Below are positions 29,001-37,216 of a DNA stretch of 64,000 bases, piece by piece. Origin of the DNA: a virus (Duplodnaviria > Heunggongvirae > Uroviricota > Caudoviricetes); IMG/VR virus record IMGVR_UViG_3300013126_000009; one strand, given 5' to 3'. The position numbers and the translations under genes were made by a program. The notes beneath the pieces were generated by a model. That model saw only the letters and a program-made list of their open reading frames with translations. It had not been told where the DNA came from and ran no database searches. Position 1 is the stretch's first letter, and each line of letters begins with the position of its first letter.

Positions 29001-29880
29001 TCAATGCTATTCGCTTAGAAAAGCCAATTTGACAGGAACACCCACTTCTTGTGTAAGTATGTTTTACAATTGTCTATCATTAGAATTACCACCTAATAAT
29101 TTAACTTGTACTTCTATTTTATCAGCACTTCAAATGTTCGCTGGGTGCGCATCATTGAAAGAAAATCTGGTTGGAACATTCTCCGTATGCGCACAGATGT
29201 CTTCAATGTATAGTGGATGTAGAAATCTCGTTGAAGTTTATATGTTTGATATGGGTGCTTGTACACTTACAAGCGGAATGTTTCAGAATTGCTCTGGACT
29301 AAGAGTGGTTCCTACATTGGACACATCAAATGTTACCAATAATACATTTATGTTTGAGAACTGTTATTCATTGGTATCGGTTGGCAATTTAGACTTTTCA
29401 TCAGTTACAAGATGGGGTCAACCAAACTCAGGAACATTCACGAGTTGCTATTCATTGACAGAACTTCCAACTTTAGACTTTGCTGGAACATCGACAGATA
29501 CGTATGGAAATTATAGGACTTTCCAAAATATGTACTCGTTAAGAAGGCTTGATATGATAAACACTGGTGCAGTGACTGGTTGGCAAGAATTTGTAAGAAG
29601 TTGTTCTGCGTTAGCTGAAATAGGACCTTGTAGTATGAGTTCAGGTACCAACTTTTCAGCAGCATTCTCTGGTTGCTATAATCTAAGGAGGATGCAAGGT
29701 ACTGGAATAAAGGTGTCAGTATCATTTAATCAGTGTGCTTTAGATGCAACAGCAATCGATGAGATATTTACTAATCTGGCAATTGTTGTAGGTCAAACAA
29801 TAACGGTGTCACAGAACCCAGGCTCTTCAACTTGCAATACAGCAATTGCTACTGGAAAAGGTTGGACAGTAATAATTTAA
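26056..29880 (+). CDS. Tail-terminator (gp15-like) domain fused to S/T-rich tandem repeats, PKD/Ig-like domains and BspA/DUF285-like leucine-rich repeats
   Basis: N-terminal about 245 aa has VPV, IPFITI.R and P.SVDITYEV motifs; then 116-aa repeats, YQVDWGDG (PKD) and repeated MF..C.SL units. Confidence 0.7.
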   Translation: MALPKGFRNNIKLTSPKIGVPRRQELLDNIADDGTFLPRGVHYKDIDETFIEFVNKELHIEIDGNQVPVIFLTLQRYSEFTKTWQFTDEYKNIKIPFITIVRKPDVQVGTNYNGLYNIPGRPTFTYYKVPTNDGTRVGVDVYKIPQPTSVDITYEVRLFTNKMSDLNLLNEKVQKKFQSRQAYIWPKGHPMPVMLESIGDESNIDDFENRRFYVQPFEMLLAGYILDEDDFEIMPTINRAMVMSEIEVGDGTSTPITDGRNCSGPIVAAQGSVIVKNTNNTVLSVVTCGENYVVGNSLIFNSGNTYSQILPATTNLQLPNVTNYDSDGSAVLTPAMVGFTATTCQPVTIINSGSTYSASTSAGSTFQLPNINVYGNSQLLYSYPSVEDVDVNITNGFDSVGSISGTSYYISASTINNSGNTFNVSIPAESGYTLPNVTNYDSDGSAVLTPAMVGFTATTCQPVTIINSGSTYSASTPSGSIFQLPNINVYGNSQLLYSQPSVEDVNIGITNGFNSVGSVSGTSYYISASTINNSGNTFSISVPAESGYTLPNVTNYDSDGSAVLTPAMVGFTATTCQPVTIINSGSTYSASTSAGSTFQLPNITISNTTGTTITTIPSVENYIIPDVNWTDSDGTNYSTPYGEPISATTCDSLTVSATSSSSTVVFGDTVSFSAISESILTSVDWYVDGIYVGSGINFNWASEYLYGLFDVECVASNGSSEVVSTFQLNIIVRPYERPSDWLDIDSLVSPGDEKIVGLFAVFDSDSNVVAFRCQGNYQVDWGDGTVTTHASNTNAEHSYTYSSISSSTYSTRGYRQVIITITPQAGQTLTRFDVTPYRHSSRTWLYLEQWLDVKLSVPNLSFHQFNGGTNKFFGMLEKYVMIATGLTSYLSLMSGNRSLRHLEVPPITGSYGSILINCGNIEYFNHDFSNATTLSNAFQGSGLRYLEANVPNAVVASAFYQAYSLMNVNITNIIGSCDNMFNQCYSLRKANLTGTPTSCVSMFYNCLSLELPPNNLTCTSILSALQMFAGCASLKENLVGTFSVCAQMSSMYSGCRNLVEVYMFDMGACTLTSGMFQNCSGLRVVPTLDTSNVTNNTFMFENCYSLVSVGNLDFSSVTRWGQPNSGTFTSCYSLTELPTLDFAGTSTDTYGNYRTFQNMYSLRRLDMINTGAVTGWQEFVRSCSALAEIGPCSMSSGTNFSAAFSGCYNLRRMQGTGIKVSVSFNQCALDATAIDEIFTNLAIVVGQTITVSQNPGSSTCNTAIATGKGWTVII
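26957..27863 (+). repeat. About 2.5 tandem copies of a 348-bp (116-aa) unit
   Basis: TTACCAAATGTAACCAATTATGATAGTGATGGTAGTGCTGT recurs at 27007, 27355 and 27703 (period exactly 348); outer boundaries approximate. Confidence 0.92.
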
Positions 29881-29901
29881 TAGAATTAAAAAATTATAAA
29901 T

Positions 29902-30108
29902 ATGGAAGATACATCAGGTTTTTATAAATTAATAGATGACCAATGGTTTTTTGGTCCTAATGCAGTACTAGGTCCGTATGGTTCGTGGGAATTACTTCGT
30001 GAACTTAAAGACACATACACTTATCCATATGAAGGATGGACTTGGTATGATGAAGCGCCAATAGAATATATTGAATGGTTAAGTACAATTATTGAACCTT
30101 TAAATTAA
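29902..30108 (+). CDS. Small fibre-associated protein
   Basis: GFYK...GPNAV...L....KDTYTYP.EGWTW.D pattern; follows the adhesin-like gene. Confidence 0.6.
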   Translation: MEDTSGFYKLIDDQWFFGPNAVLGPYGSWELLRELKDTYTYPYEGWTWYDEAPIEYIEWLSTIIEPLN

Positions 30109-30242
30109 TGGCAACAATCAATTCAATATGTTGTAACACTAATTAAAGATATATGAAGAATTTAACATTCAATAAATCTTTTGCCAATTGTCTCATATTT
30201 ATAATAAAGTATTATAATATCAAATAAAAAATAAAAAAAATA

Positions 30243-33148
30243 ATGGCTATAGATAGAGTATTCGTAAGTCCAGGTGTTTATACCTCAGAAAAAGACCTTT
30301 CATTCGTAACACGTCAAGTTGGTGTTACTACTCTTGGTCTTGTTGGTGAGACTACTAAAGGACCAGCTTTTCAACCAGTTTTCGTGTCAAACTATGACGA
30401 ATTCACAACTTTTTTTGGTGGATTGAATCCAACAAAATTTAAAGATTCTGGTTACCCACAATATGAATTACCATATATTGCAAAATCATATTTAACACAA
30501 TCAAACCAATTATTCGTATCAAGAATCTTAGGTTTTTCTGGTTATGATGCTGGACCAGCTTGGGGTATTGTTTTGGATGCTGCATTGGACCCATCTACAG
30601 TTTCAAGTGCATCAACAACAACTTACACAGGAAACACTGGTAACCCAATGATTACTTATAGTGTTAGCAGTGCTGGAACTGTTACTTACAATGCTGTAAA
30701 TGACCCGATAATTTCAGCATTATTGGCTGAAGGTCAATTGAATAGTTTGACCACATATTTGTCAACAGCTACTTCAGCAACAACAACACTAAACGTTAAT
30801 ACCACTTATCTTAATACACAAAGTAATAACACATTTAGTGGTGTATCATTCAATGTTACCGTTACTAATACAGTACCACCAAACCCAACTGGTTCAACAG
30901 CTTACACTGGTTTTACATCTGGTGTTACTATATCTTACACAGGTACTGGATATGCTGATGTTGAAAATAAATTGGTTGCATTACTTAGGTCAAGAGGCGA
31001 ATATGATGGTCAAGAAAATATCTTATTTGAAGTTACTGGTTACACTAACTCAAGTGTAACATTTGTTGAATTTGGTTCAACTCCATCAACCGCAGCATTG
31101 GACCCATTAGGTGATTTCTCACTTACTGGTAACGCATTAACTTTGGGTAACTTCAGTTATGAATGCTCATTTGATACAACTAAACGAAACTATATCGGTA
31201 AAGTACTAGGTAGAAATGAAAAAGATGGTAGACCAGCTTTATTTGTTGAAGAACTTTATCAAAAAATGTTTGATAAATTCGTAAATGAAAATAAAGTTAG
31301 AGCAATTAATATTGTATCATTGGTTGATTACACTAACTCAGTCTCACAAGGTAACCCATTTGATGATTATAAACAAGAATACAAACCAGCGGTTACACCA
31401 TATGTTGTATCAGAACTTCGTGGTACAAACCTATTGAGATTGTTCAGAATGTGGACAATTTCTGATGGTAATTCAGCTAACGAATTGATTAAAATATCAA
31501 TAACAAATATTAAACCAGATGAAAGAGAGTTTGATATTGAAATTAGAGCTTTCTATGATACTGACGCTAATAAAGTTGTATTGGAGAAATTCTCTAGATT
31601 GACAATGAATCCACAATCTAATAACTTTATCGCTAAAAGAATTGGTACATAGATGGTGAATACGCATCAAAATCTAATCATATTTTAATTGAACTTGATG
31701 ATACCAACGATACTAGTGAGGCATTCCCAGCTGGTTTCGTAGGATTCCCAATCAGAGATTATACTCAATCAACAAATACTAACGTATTAGCACCAAATAT
31801 CCTTTATAAACAAACTTATGGCGAATTTGAAAACAAACGTAAGTATTACTTAGGTCTTTCAAATACTGAAGGTATTGACGCTGATTTCTTTGATTATAAA
31901 GGTATTCCAGATAGTCCAGATATCGATATGTGGACTGGCCTTACAAAAGGTTTCCACATGGACTTTGCAGCTACTGGTGCAACAATTGACGGTGTTGAAA
32001 TCGTTATCAATAGTTCAGGTGATACCTATTCACCAGTATTCTTATTCGATACGGGATGCTGCCCATTCAGAACTGATTTAGGAATTCAAGGTACTGCTTA
32101 CGAAAAAATATATGCCCGTAAATTTACATTGGCACCATACGGTGGTTTCGATGGTTGGGATGTATATAGAGATAGAAGAACCAATACCGACACATACGCT
32201 ATTAATGGTGTTAAAGGTCAATTAGGTTTAGATAAAACTTTCGAAAATAAAGTTCTTTCTAACGGTGACTTAGGTATTACTTCAGATTACTACGCTTACT
32301 TAGAAGGTATTTGGACATTCAGAAACCCTGAAGCTGTTAACATTAATGTGTTTGCAACACCAGGTATCGATGGATTTGAAAACAGTAATCTTATCGAAGC
32401 TTCAATCGAAATGATTGAAGAAGATAGAGCTGACTCATGGTATATTATGACAATACCAGACGTTGACGCTGGTGGTGAAGTTCTTACAGCTGAAGATGTA
32501 TCAGATACTTTAGATGGTTTGTATGATAGTAGCTATACTTCTACTTACTTCCCATGGATTCAAGTTAATGATACCGAAAATAACGTTTATATTTGGTTAC
32601 CACCAACAAGAGACGTTGTTAGAAACACAGCATTAACTGATAATATCGCTTTCCCATGGTTTGCAGTAGCTGGTATCCAAAGAGGTAACGTGGATGCAAT
32701 TAAGGCTAGAAAGAAACTTACATTGGATGAAAGAGATACATTGTATGCCGCAAGAGTTAACCCAGTTACAACTTTCGCTTCAGAAGGTATTAAAATCTGG
32801 GGTAACAAAACAATGCAAGTTAGAGAATCTGCACTTGATAGAGTTAACGTTAGAAGACTTCTTCTTCAAGCAAGAAAACTTATTTCTGCTGTATCTATCA
32901 GATTGCTATTCGAACAAAACGATGATGTTGTTAGAAATCAATTCTTGACCCTTGTTAACCCAATATTGGATAACATTAGAAGTGAAAGAGGTCTTACAGA
33001 TTTCCGTGTGGTTCTTGTTGATACACCAGAATCTATCGATAGAAATGAATTGAATGGTAAGATATTCTTGAAACCTACTCGTTCTCTTGAATATATTTCA
33101 ATCGAATTCAATATCCTTAATACTGGTGCTTCTTTCGAGAATGTATAA
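30243..33148 (+). CDS. Tail sheath protein, interrupted by an apparent 1-nt frameshift at about 31650
   Basis: N-terminal VSPGVYTSEKD and GET.KGPAF; C-terminal PWFAVAG..RG, IWG.KT and RVNVRRL. Frame 1 stops at TAG 31650-31652. The -1 frame is open from GAT at 31652 (DGEYASKSNHILIELD...) into the 31928..33148 ORF. Confidence 0.9.
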
Positions 33149-33171
33149 GAATTAAGAAAGATGATAAAAAG

Positions 33172-33201
33172 AAAAAGCCTAGATTATTCTAGGCTTTTTT
33201 T
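33172..33201. terminator. Bidirectional rho-independent terminator
   Basis: AAAAAGCCTAGA-TTAT-TCTAGGCTTTTTTT between the convergent sheath and Zn-repeat genes. Confidence 0.85.
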
Positions 33202-33999
33202 GTATTTAAGTGTACCACAATTAGGACATCCATGACCATTTATATGTATATAAGGTGATTGTTCAAAATCACCATGTGTCGGACAGTTAATTAAAACTTT
33301 ATTTCGAATATCTTTATAGTCAACCTTAGAATAATCATATTTGTCTTTATGTACCTCTTTAGCTTTACCTATAAAATCATCAACAGTATAAGTTAATTTT
33401 AACTTAACCTCATTATTACCACATTTAGGACAACCCTTACCACGTAAATGATTATATGGTTGTTGTTCAAATTCACCATGTTCTTCGCAAATTATTTTAA
33501 CCTTAGTTTTCGAATCAATATAATCTACTTTAGAATAATCATATTTATTACCATGAATTGATTTAGCTTTATTTACGAAACCATCAGTATCATACCGATT
33601 TTCGATTGAGGTTTTAAGTGTACCACATATCGGACACCCTTGACCATTTAAATGATTATGTAATAATTGATAGAAATCACCATGTTTTGGACAATTAATT
33701 TTAAGTTTATTAACTGTATCGACTTTAGTTATACTATCGTAATTGTAAGCATTAGAATGAACTTCTTTAGCTTTTTTGATAAATGACTCAACAGACCACT
33801 TAATTTTACCATTGCAATGTATACAACCATTTTTACCTCTTAAATGTTCCGAAGGTGCTTGGTAAAAGGAGTAATCATGTTTTTTACAACGTATTTTTAT
33901 TTTGGTTTTTGAATCAATATAATCAATTTCTGAATAATCAAATTTATTATTAAATTTTAATTCACATTTATTTATGAATTTTTCTTTACGGTCTATCAT
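33184..33999 (-). CDS. Zinc-ribbon repeat protein (DUF723-like, homing-endonuclease-associated); no nuclease domain visible
   Basis: Four repeats of F..KAK..H...YDYS.VDY...K..I.C..HG.F.Q....H..G.GCP.C; ends just after the fourth repeat. Confidence 0.75.
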   Translation of the reverse strand: MIDRKEKFINKCELKFNNKFDYSEIDYIDSKTKIKIRCKKHDYSFYQAPSEHLRGKNGCIHCNGKIKWSVESFIKKAKEVHSNAYNYDSITKVDTVNKLKINCPKHGDFYQLLHNHLNGQGCPICGTLKTSIENRYDTDGFVNKAKSIHGNKYDYSKVDYIDSKTKVKIICEEHGEFEQQPYNHLRGKGCPKCGNNEVKLKLTYTVDDFIGKAKEVHKDKYDYSKVDYKDIRNKVLINCPTHGDFEQSPYIHINGHGCPNCGTLKYKKSLE

Positions 34000-34061
34000 T
34001 TTTTTTAATTTCTAACTATTTATATACAAAGATAATAATAAATATTTAAAAAACAAGAAAA

Positions 34062-34550
34062 ATGGCAGACTTATTAATGAAAATGCCCACACCGTATGAG
34101 CCTAAAAGAAAGAATAGGTGGCTCTTGAGATTCCCTTCAGATTTGGGTATTCAAGAGTGGTGGTTAGCTTCAGCTTCTAGACCTACAATTACGCAATCTG
34201 ACGTTGAAATTCCATTTTTGAACACATCAACTTTCGTGTTGGGTCGTTTCACTTGGGAAGCTATTGATGTTACTTTTAGGGACGCAATTGGTCCATCTAC
34301 CGCACAAGCTATTATGGAGTGGGTTCGATTAGGTTCTGAATCAATTACTGGTAGACAAGGTTATGCCGCTGGATATAAAAGAGATGTTTATCTTGAAATG
34401 CTTGACCCAACTGGCGTTGTCGTTGAGAAATGGGAACTTCAAGGTACAATGTTAACAACTGTTAACTTTGGAGACTTAGGTATGGATGATGACGGTATTG
34501 CTGAAATTACCGCCACGCTTAGGTTTGACCGCGCTATACTTTTGTTCTAG
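34062..34550 (+). CDS. Tail tube protein (T4 gp19-like)
   Basis: EPKRKNRW, RP.I, GR.TWE.I.VTFRD, YKRD..LEMLDPTG.VVEKW.L and LRFDRA; located after the sheath gene. Confidence 0.9.
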   Translation: MADLLMKMPTPYEPKRKNRWLLRFPSDLGIQEWWLASASRPTITQSDVEIPFLNTSTFVLGRFTWEAIDVTFRDAIGPSTAQAIMEWVRLGSESITGRQGYAAGYKRDVYLEMLDPTGVVVEKWELQGTMLTTVNFGDLGMDDDGIAEITATLRFDRAILLF

Positions 34551-34562
34551 CAGAATCGCCCC

Positions 34563-35573
34563 ATCAAAAACAGTACTTGCTTTACTTTTTACATATTTAT
34601 TTATATATTTGTGTAAAGAGTAAAGCATTTTTATTATGGAAAAAATTATTTGTATAGATTGTAATAGAGATTTTAAAAGTTTAGATTCATTAAGACGTCA
34701 TAGGTCTCAGGTTCATAACATATCATCTGAGCAGACCTATATTGATTATAAGTTAAATGGTGTTAGACCAACGTGTGAATGTGGTTGTGGTGAGAATACC
34801 AGTTTTTTGTCGTTTGGTAAGGGTTTTGTTGATTACGTTCTTGGTCATGCATCAAGAGTTCATAACAATTGGGGTCATAATCCAAAGGCGATTAAAAAAT
34901 CTCATGAGACACAAAAAAAGATGTATGAATCTGGAGAATTGACCGTTTGGAATAAAGGTTTAACGATTGATGACCCTAGAATTAAGGATAATATTGAAAA
35001 GATGTTATCAAATCCAGATAGGGGTAAGAATATATCTAAAGCTTTGACCAATAAACCAAAATCAAAAGAACATAAAGAAAATTTATCAAGGGTAGCTAAA
35101 GAGCGATGGGCTGACCCAAAAGAAAGAGAAAAACAAAGTAATAGACGTATGTTGTGGATGCGTGAAAACGATTATACTGTTAAGTCTAAATTGGAAGAAG
35201 TTATAAATAATATGTTAATAGACGTTGGATTAGTTGAGAACGTTGACTATATAAGACAATATTATGTTAGACCAATTAAATCTTATTTTGATTTCAAAAT
35301 TATTAAAAACAATGCATTAATTGAGGTTGATGGTGATTTTTGGCATTGTAATCCAGATACTGATTTTAACGAACCATTATATGAATGTCAATTTAAGAAT
35401 TTAGAAAAAGATAAAATTAAAAATGACTGGTGTCATGAAAATAATATTACTTTAATCAGGTTTTGGGAATCGGACATTAACAATAACATTAAGAATGTTA
35501 AGTCTATATTGAAGACTGTATTAACTTAATGTAAAAGGTCTTATCAAAAACAGTACTTGCTTTACTTTTTACA
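34563..35573 (+). mobile_element. Endonuclease cassette flanked by perfect 31-bp direct repeats (34563-34593 and 35543-35573)
   Basis: ATCAAAAACAGTACTTGCTTTACTTTTTACA occurs identically on both sides of ORF 34636..35529. Confidence 0.75.
34636..35529 (+). CDS. Putative homing endonuclease: C2H2 finger, CxCGC motif, NUMOD3-like linker, Vsr/DUF559-like nuclease
   Basis: CIDC...HRSQVH, CECGCG and C-terminal FDF...IEVDGDFWH...D..KN...LIRFWE. Confidence 0.8.
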   Translation: MEKIICIDCNRDFKSLDSLRRHRSQVHNISSEQTYIDYKLNGVRPTCECGCGENTSFLSFGKGFVDYVLGHASRVHNNWGHNPKAIKKSHETQKKMYESGELTVWNKGLTIDDPRIKDNIEKMLSNPDRGKNISKALTNKPKSKEHKENLSRVAKERWADPKEREKQSNRRMLWMRENDYTVKSKLEEVINNMLIDVGLVENVDYIRQYYVRPIKSYFDFKIIKNNALIEVDGDFWHCNPDTDFNEPLYECQFKNLEKDKIKNDWCHENNITLIRFWESDINNNIKNVKSILKTVLT

Positions 35574-35615
35574 GGTTCGTTATTAGAATTTGTGGAAGGT
35601 AGAGCATTTTTTTTT
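35558..35615 (+). terminator. Long G.U-rich hairpin terminator
   Basis: 21-bp stem (35558-35578 with 35586-35606) fully paired including six G.U pairs, followed by T9. Confidence 0.75.
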
Positions 35616-35653
35616 AAAAATGTTTCATTACCAGTATTTAATGTAAAAGAGTT

Positions 35654-35932
35654 ATGGATAGAAATTACAGGTTATTGACTAAACAACAAATCTATGAGAG
35701 GTTTGATGTTGAATATATCAAAAAGTTAATTGAGTATTCTGATATAAAGAATCCGATAAAAACCAAGACAATAATACACAAGGCTTTGTTTGAGGAATTC
35801 GGTGGTGATAATGAACCTAAAAAGTTAAACGAATTAAAGGATATTGAACAGATTGACGATACTGAAACTATTCAGATTCCAAAAGCTTTATTTGATGAGA
35901 TGATGAAGTTTTTAAATAACAATAAGAAATAA
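35654..35932 (+). CDS. Hypothetical protein
   Basis: 92-aa ORF in operon orientation. Confidence 0.65.
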   Translation: MDRNYRLLTKQQIYERFDVEYIKKLIEYSDIKNPIKTKTIIHKALFEEFGGDNEPKKLNELKDIEQIDDTETIQIPKALFDEMMKFLNNNKK

Positions 35933-35942
35933 AAGTTTTATA

Positions 35943-36926
35943 ATGTCTGACACAAAACCAAATGTTTTTCCGCAGAATGGTGGGAAAGCATCAAGTGAAA
36001 CTAATGATGCTGGGATACCTGGTGTTTTTGAAATACCAGAGGAACAAAGAAAGGCGGCTGAGGAGTTAAAAAGAAGAGCTGATGAAGAAGTTGCTGCAAG
36101 AAAAGCTGCTATGGAAGCAAGTAAAGTTATTGAGCAACCAAAAGAGGTTGTTAATGTAAATGTCAAAAAAGCGGAATTACATCCATTGGCTGAACCTAAG
36201 TGGGATGCGGCATTTGATTTGGTTCCATTACCATCAAAGGGTAAACTATATAAAGGTGTACGGGAAAGTGTTAAGGTTTCATATATGACAGGTTCTGATG
36301 AGAATATTTTAACGTCACCTAATTTGGTTCAGAGTGGTAAATTCTTGGAAATATTAATAAGTAGAAACTTATTAGAGCCAAATTTAAAGTATAAGGATTT
36401 GCATGTTGGTGATAGAAACGCTTTGATGATTTGGTTAAGGGCCAGTGCGTTTGGTAATATTTATAATGTTTCGGTATACAATGATAAATATGAACCTGTT
36501 GAGGGTGAGGTTGATTTATCTGAATTGAAGTATAAACCATTGGGTGCTGAGCCAGATGAGAATGGTTTATTTGATTTCAAATGTCCTGTTAGTGGTGATA
36601 TGTTAAAATTCAAGTTTTTAACAGCTGGTGATGAGGATGAGATTGAAGCCAAATTAGCTGAAGAAACTAAGAACGGTGTTGAGGTTAATAACCGTTCAAC
36701 TTATACATTACATAAACAAATTGTTGGTATTAATGGTGATTTTAATAGTTCAAATGTAAAGAAGTTCATTGAGAATATGCGAATAGGTGATATAAAAGCC
36801 TTTAGAAAGTATGTAGATAACATAGAGTCAGGTATCGACTTACAGGTACAAGTTCGGACAAGTGGGGGTGAGTCCATTTCTACATTTCTTCCCATTGAGT
36901 CAAGCTTTTTTTGGCCTGAACTCTGA
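35943..36926 (+). CDS. Tail/baseplate assembly chaperone (T4 gp26-like)
   Basis: VPLPSKGKLY, YMT..DENILTS.NL and L.VGDRNALMIWLR motifs, terminal FFWP; lies between tube and tape measure. Confidence 0.7.
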   Translation: MSDTKPNVFPQNGGKASSETNDAGIPGVFEIPEEQRKAAEELKRRADEEVAARKAAMEASKVIEQPKEVVNVNVKKAELHPLAEPKWDAAFDLVPLPSKGKLYKGVRESVKVSYMTGSDENILTSPNLVQSGKFLEILISRNLLEPNLKYKDLHVGDRNALMIWLRASAFGNIYNVSVYNDKYEPVEGEVDLSELKYKPLGAEPDENGLFDFKCPVSGDMLKFKFLTAGDEDEIEAKLAEETKNGVEVNNRSTYTLHKQIVGINGDFNSSNVKKFIENMRIGDIKAFRKYVDNIESGIDLQVQVRTSGGESISTFLPIESSFFWPEL

Positions 36927-37182
36927 TTATAGAGCCAATTGGGAAGAGGAACTTTATATCTGTAGAAAGCATATAGGGTGGTCTCGTCAGGATTTAATGG
37001 ATATGTCTATAAACAGTAGACGTTATCAGATTCACTTGCTTAAAACTGAAAATAGGGCAAGAGAGGAGCATTATGAGAATATGCGAAGGGAGCATAGCAA
37101 TTCTGCCAAAGGTAGAAGAACCAGAAGTATCAGTGGTGAAGAGTTAAAGAGTAAATTGCGAAATGGTGAGATAAATGCCTAA
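36907..37182 (+). CDS. Downstream chaperone frame (gpT-like), probably reached by frameshifting
   Basis: Overlapping +1 frame FFGLNSDYR...IGWSRQDLMDMS...RR, with no convincing start of its own; shares the T7 run with the FFW codons of the upstream gene. Confidence 0.6.
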   Translation, partial: FFGLNSDYRANWEEELYICRKHIGWSRQDLMDMSINSRRYQIHLLKTENRAREEHYENMRREHSNSAKGRRTRSISGEELKSKLRNGEINA

Positions 37183-37216
37183 TTAAACATATTTACATTT
37201 AAATGATATATTAATT

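Noticed and set aside
31650-31690. TAG stop-codon reassignment (genetic code 15, as in some large Bacteroidota phages)
   Set aside because: Reading through the sheath TAG hits TAA after 11 codons, and reading through the nrdA TAG TAG hits TAA two sense codons later. Very long ORFs are intact in code 11, and TAG ends the tube gene at its expected C-terminus.
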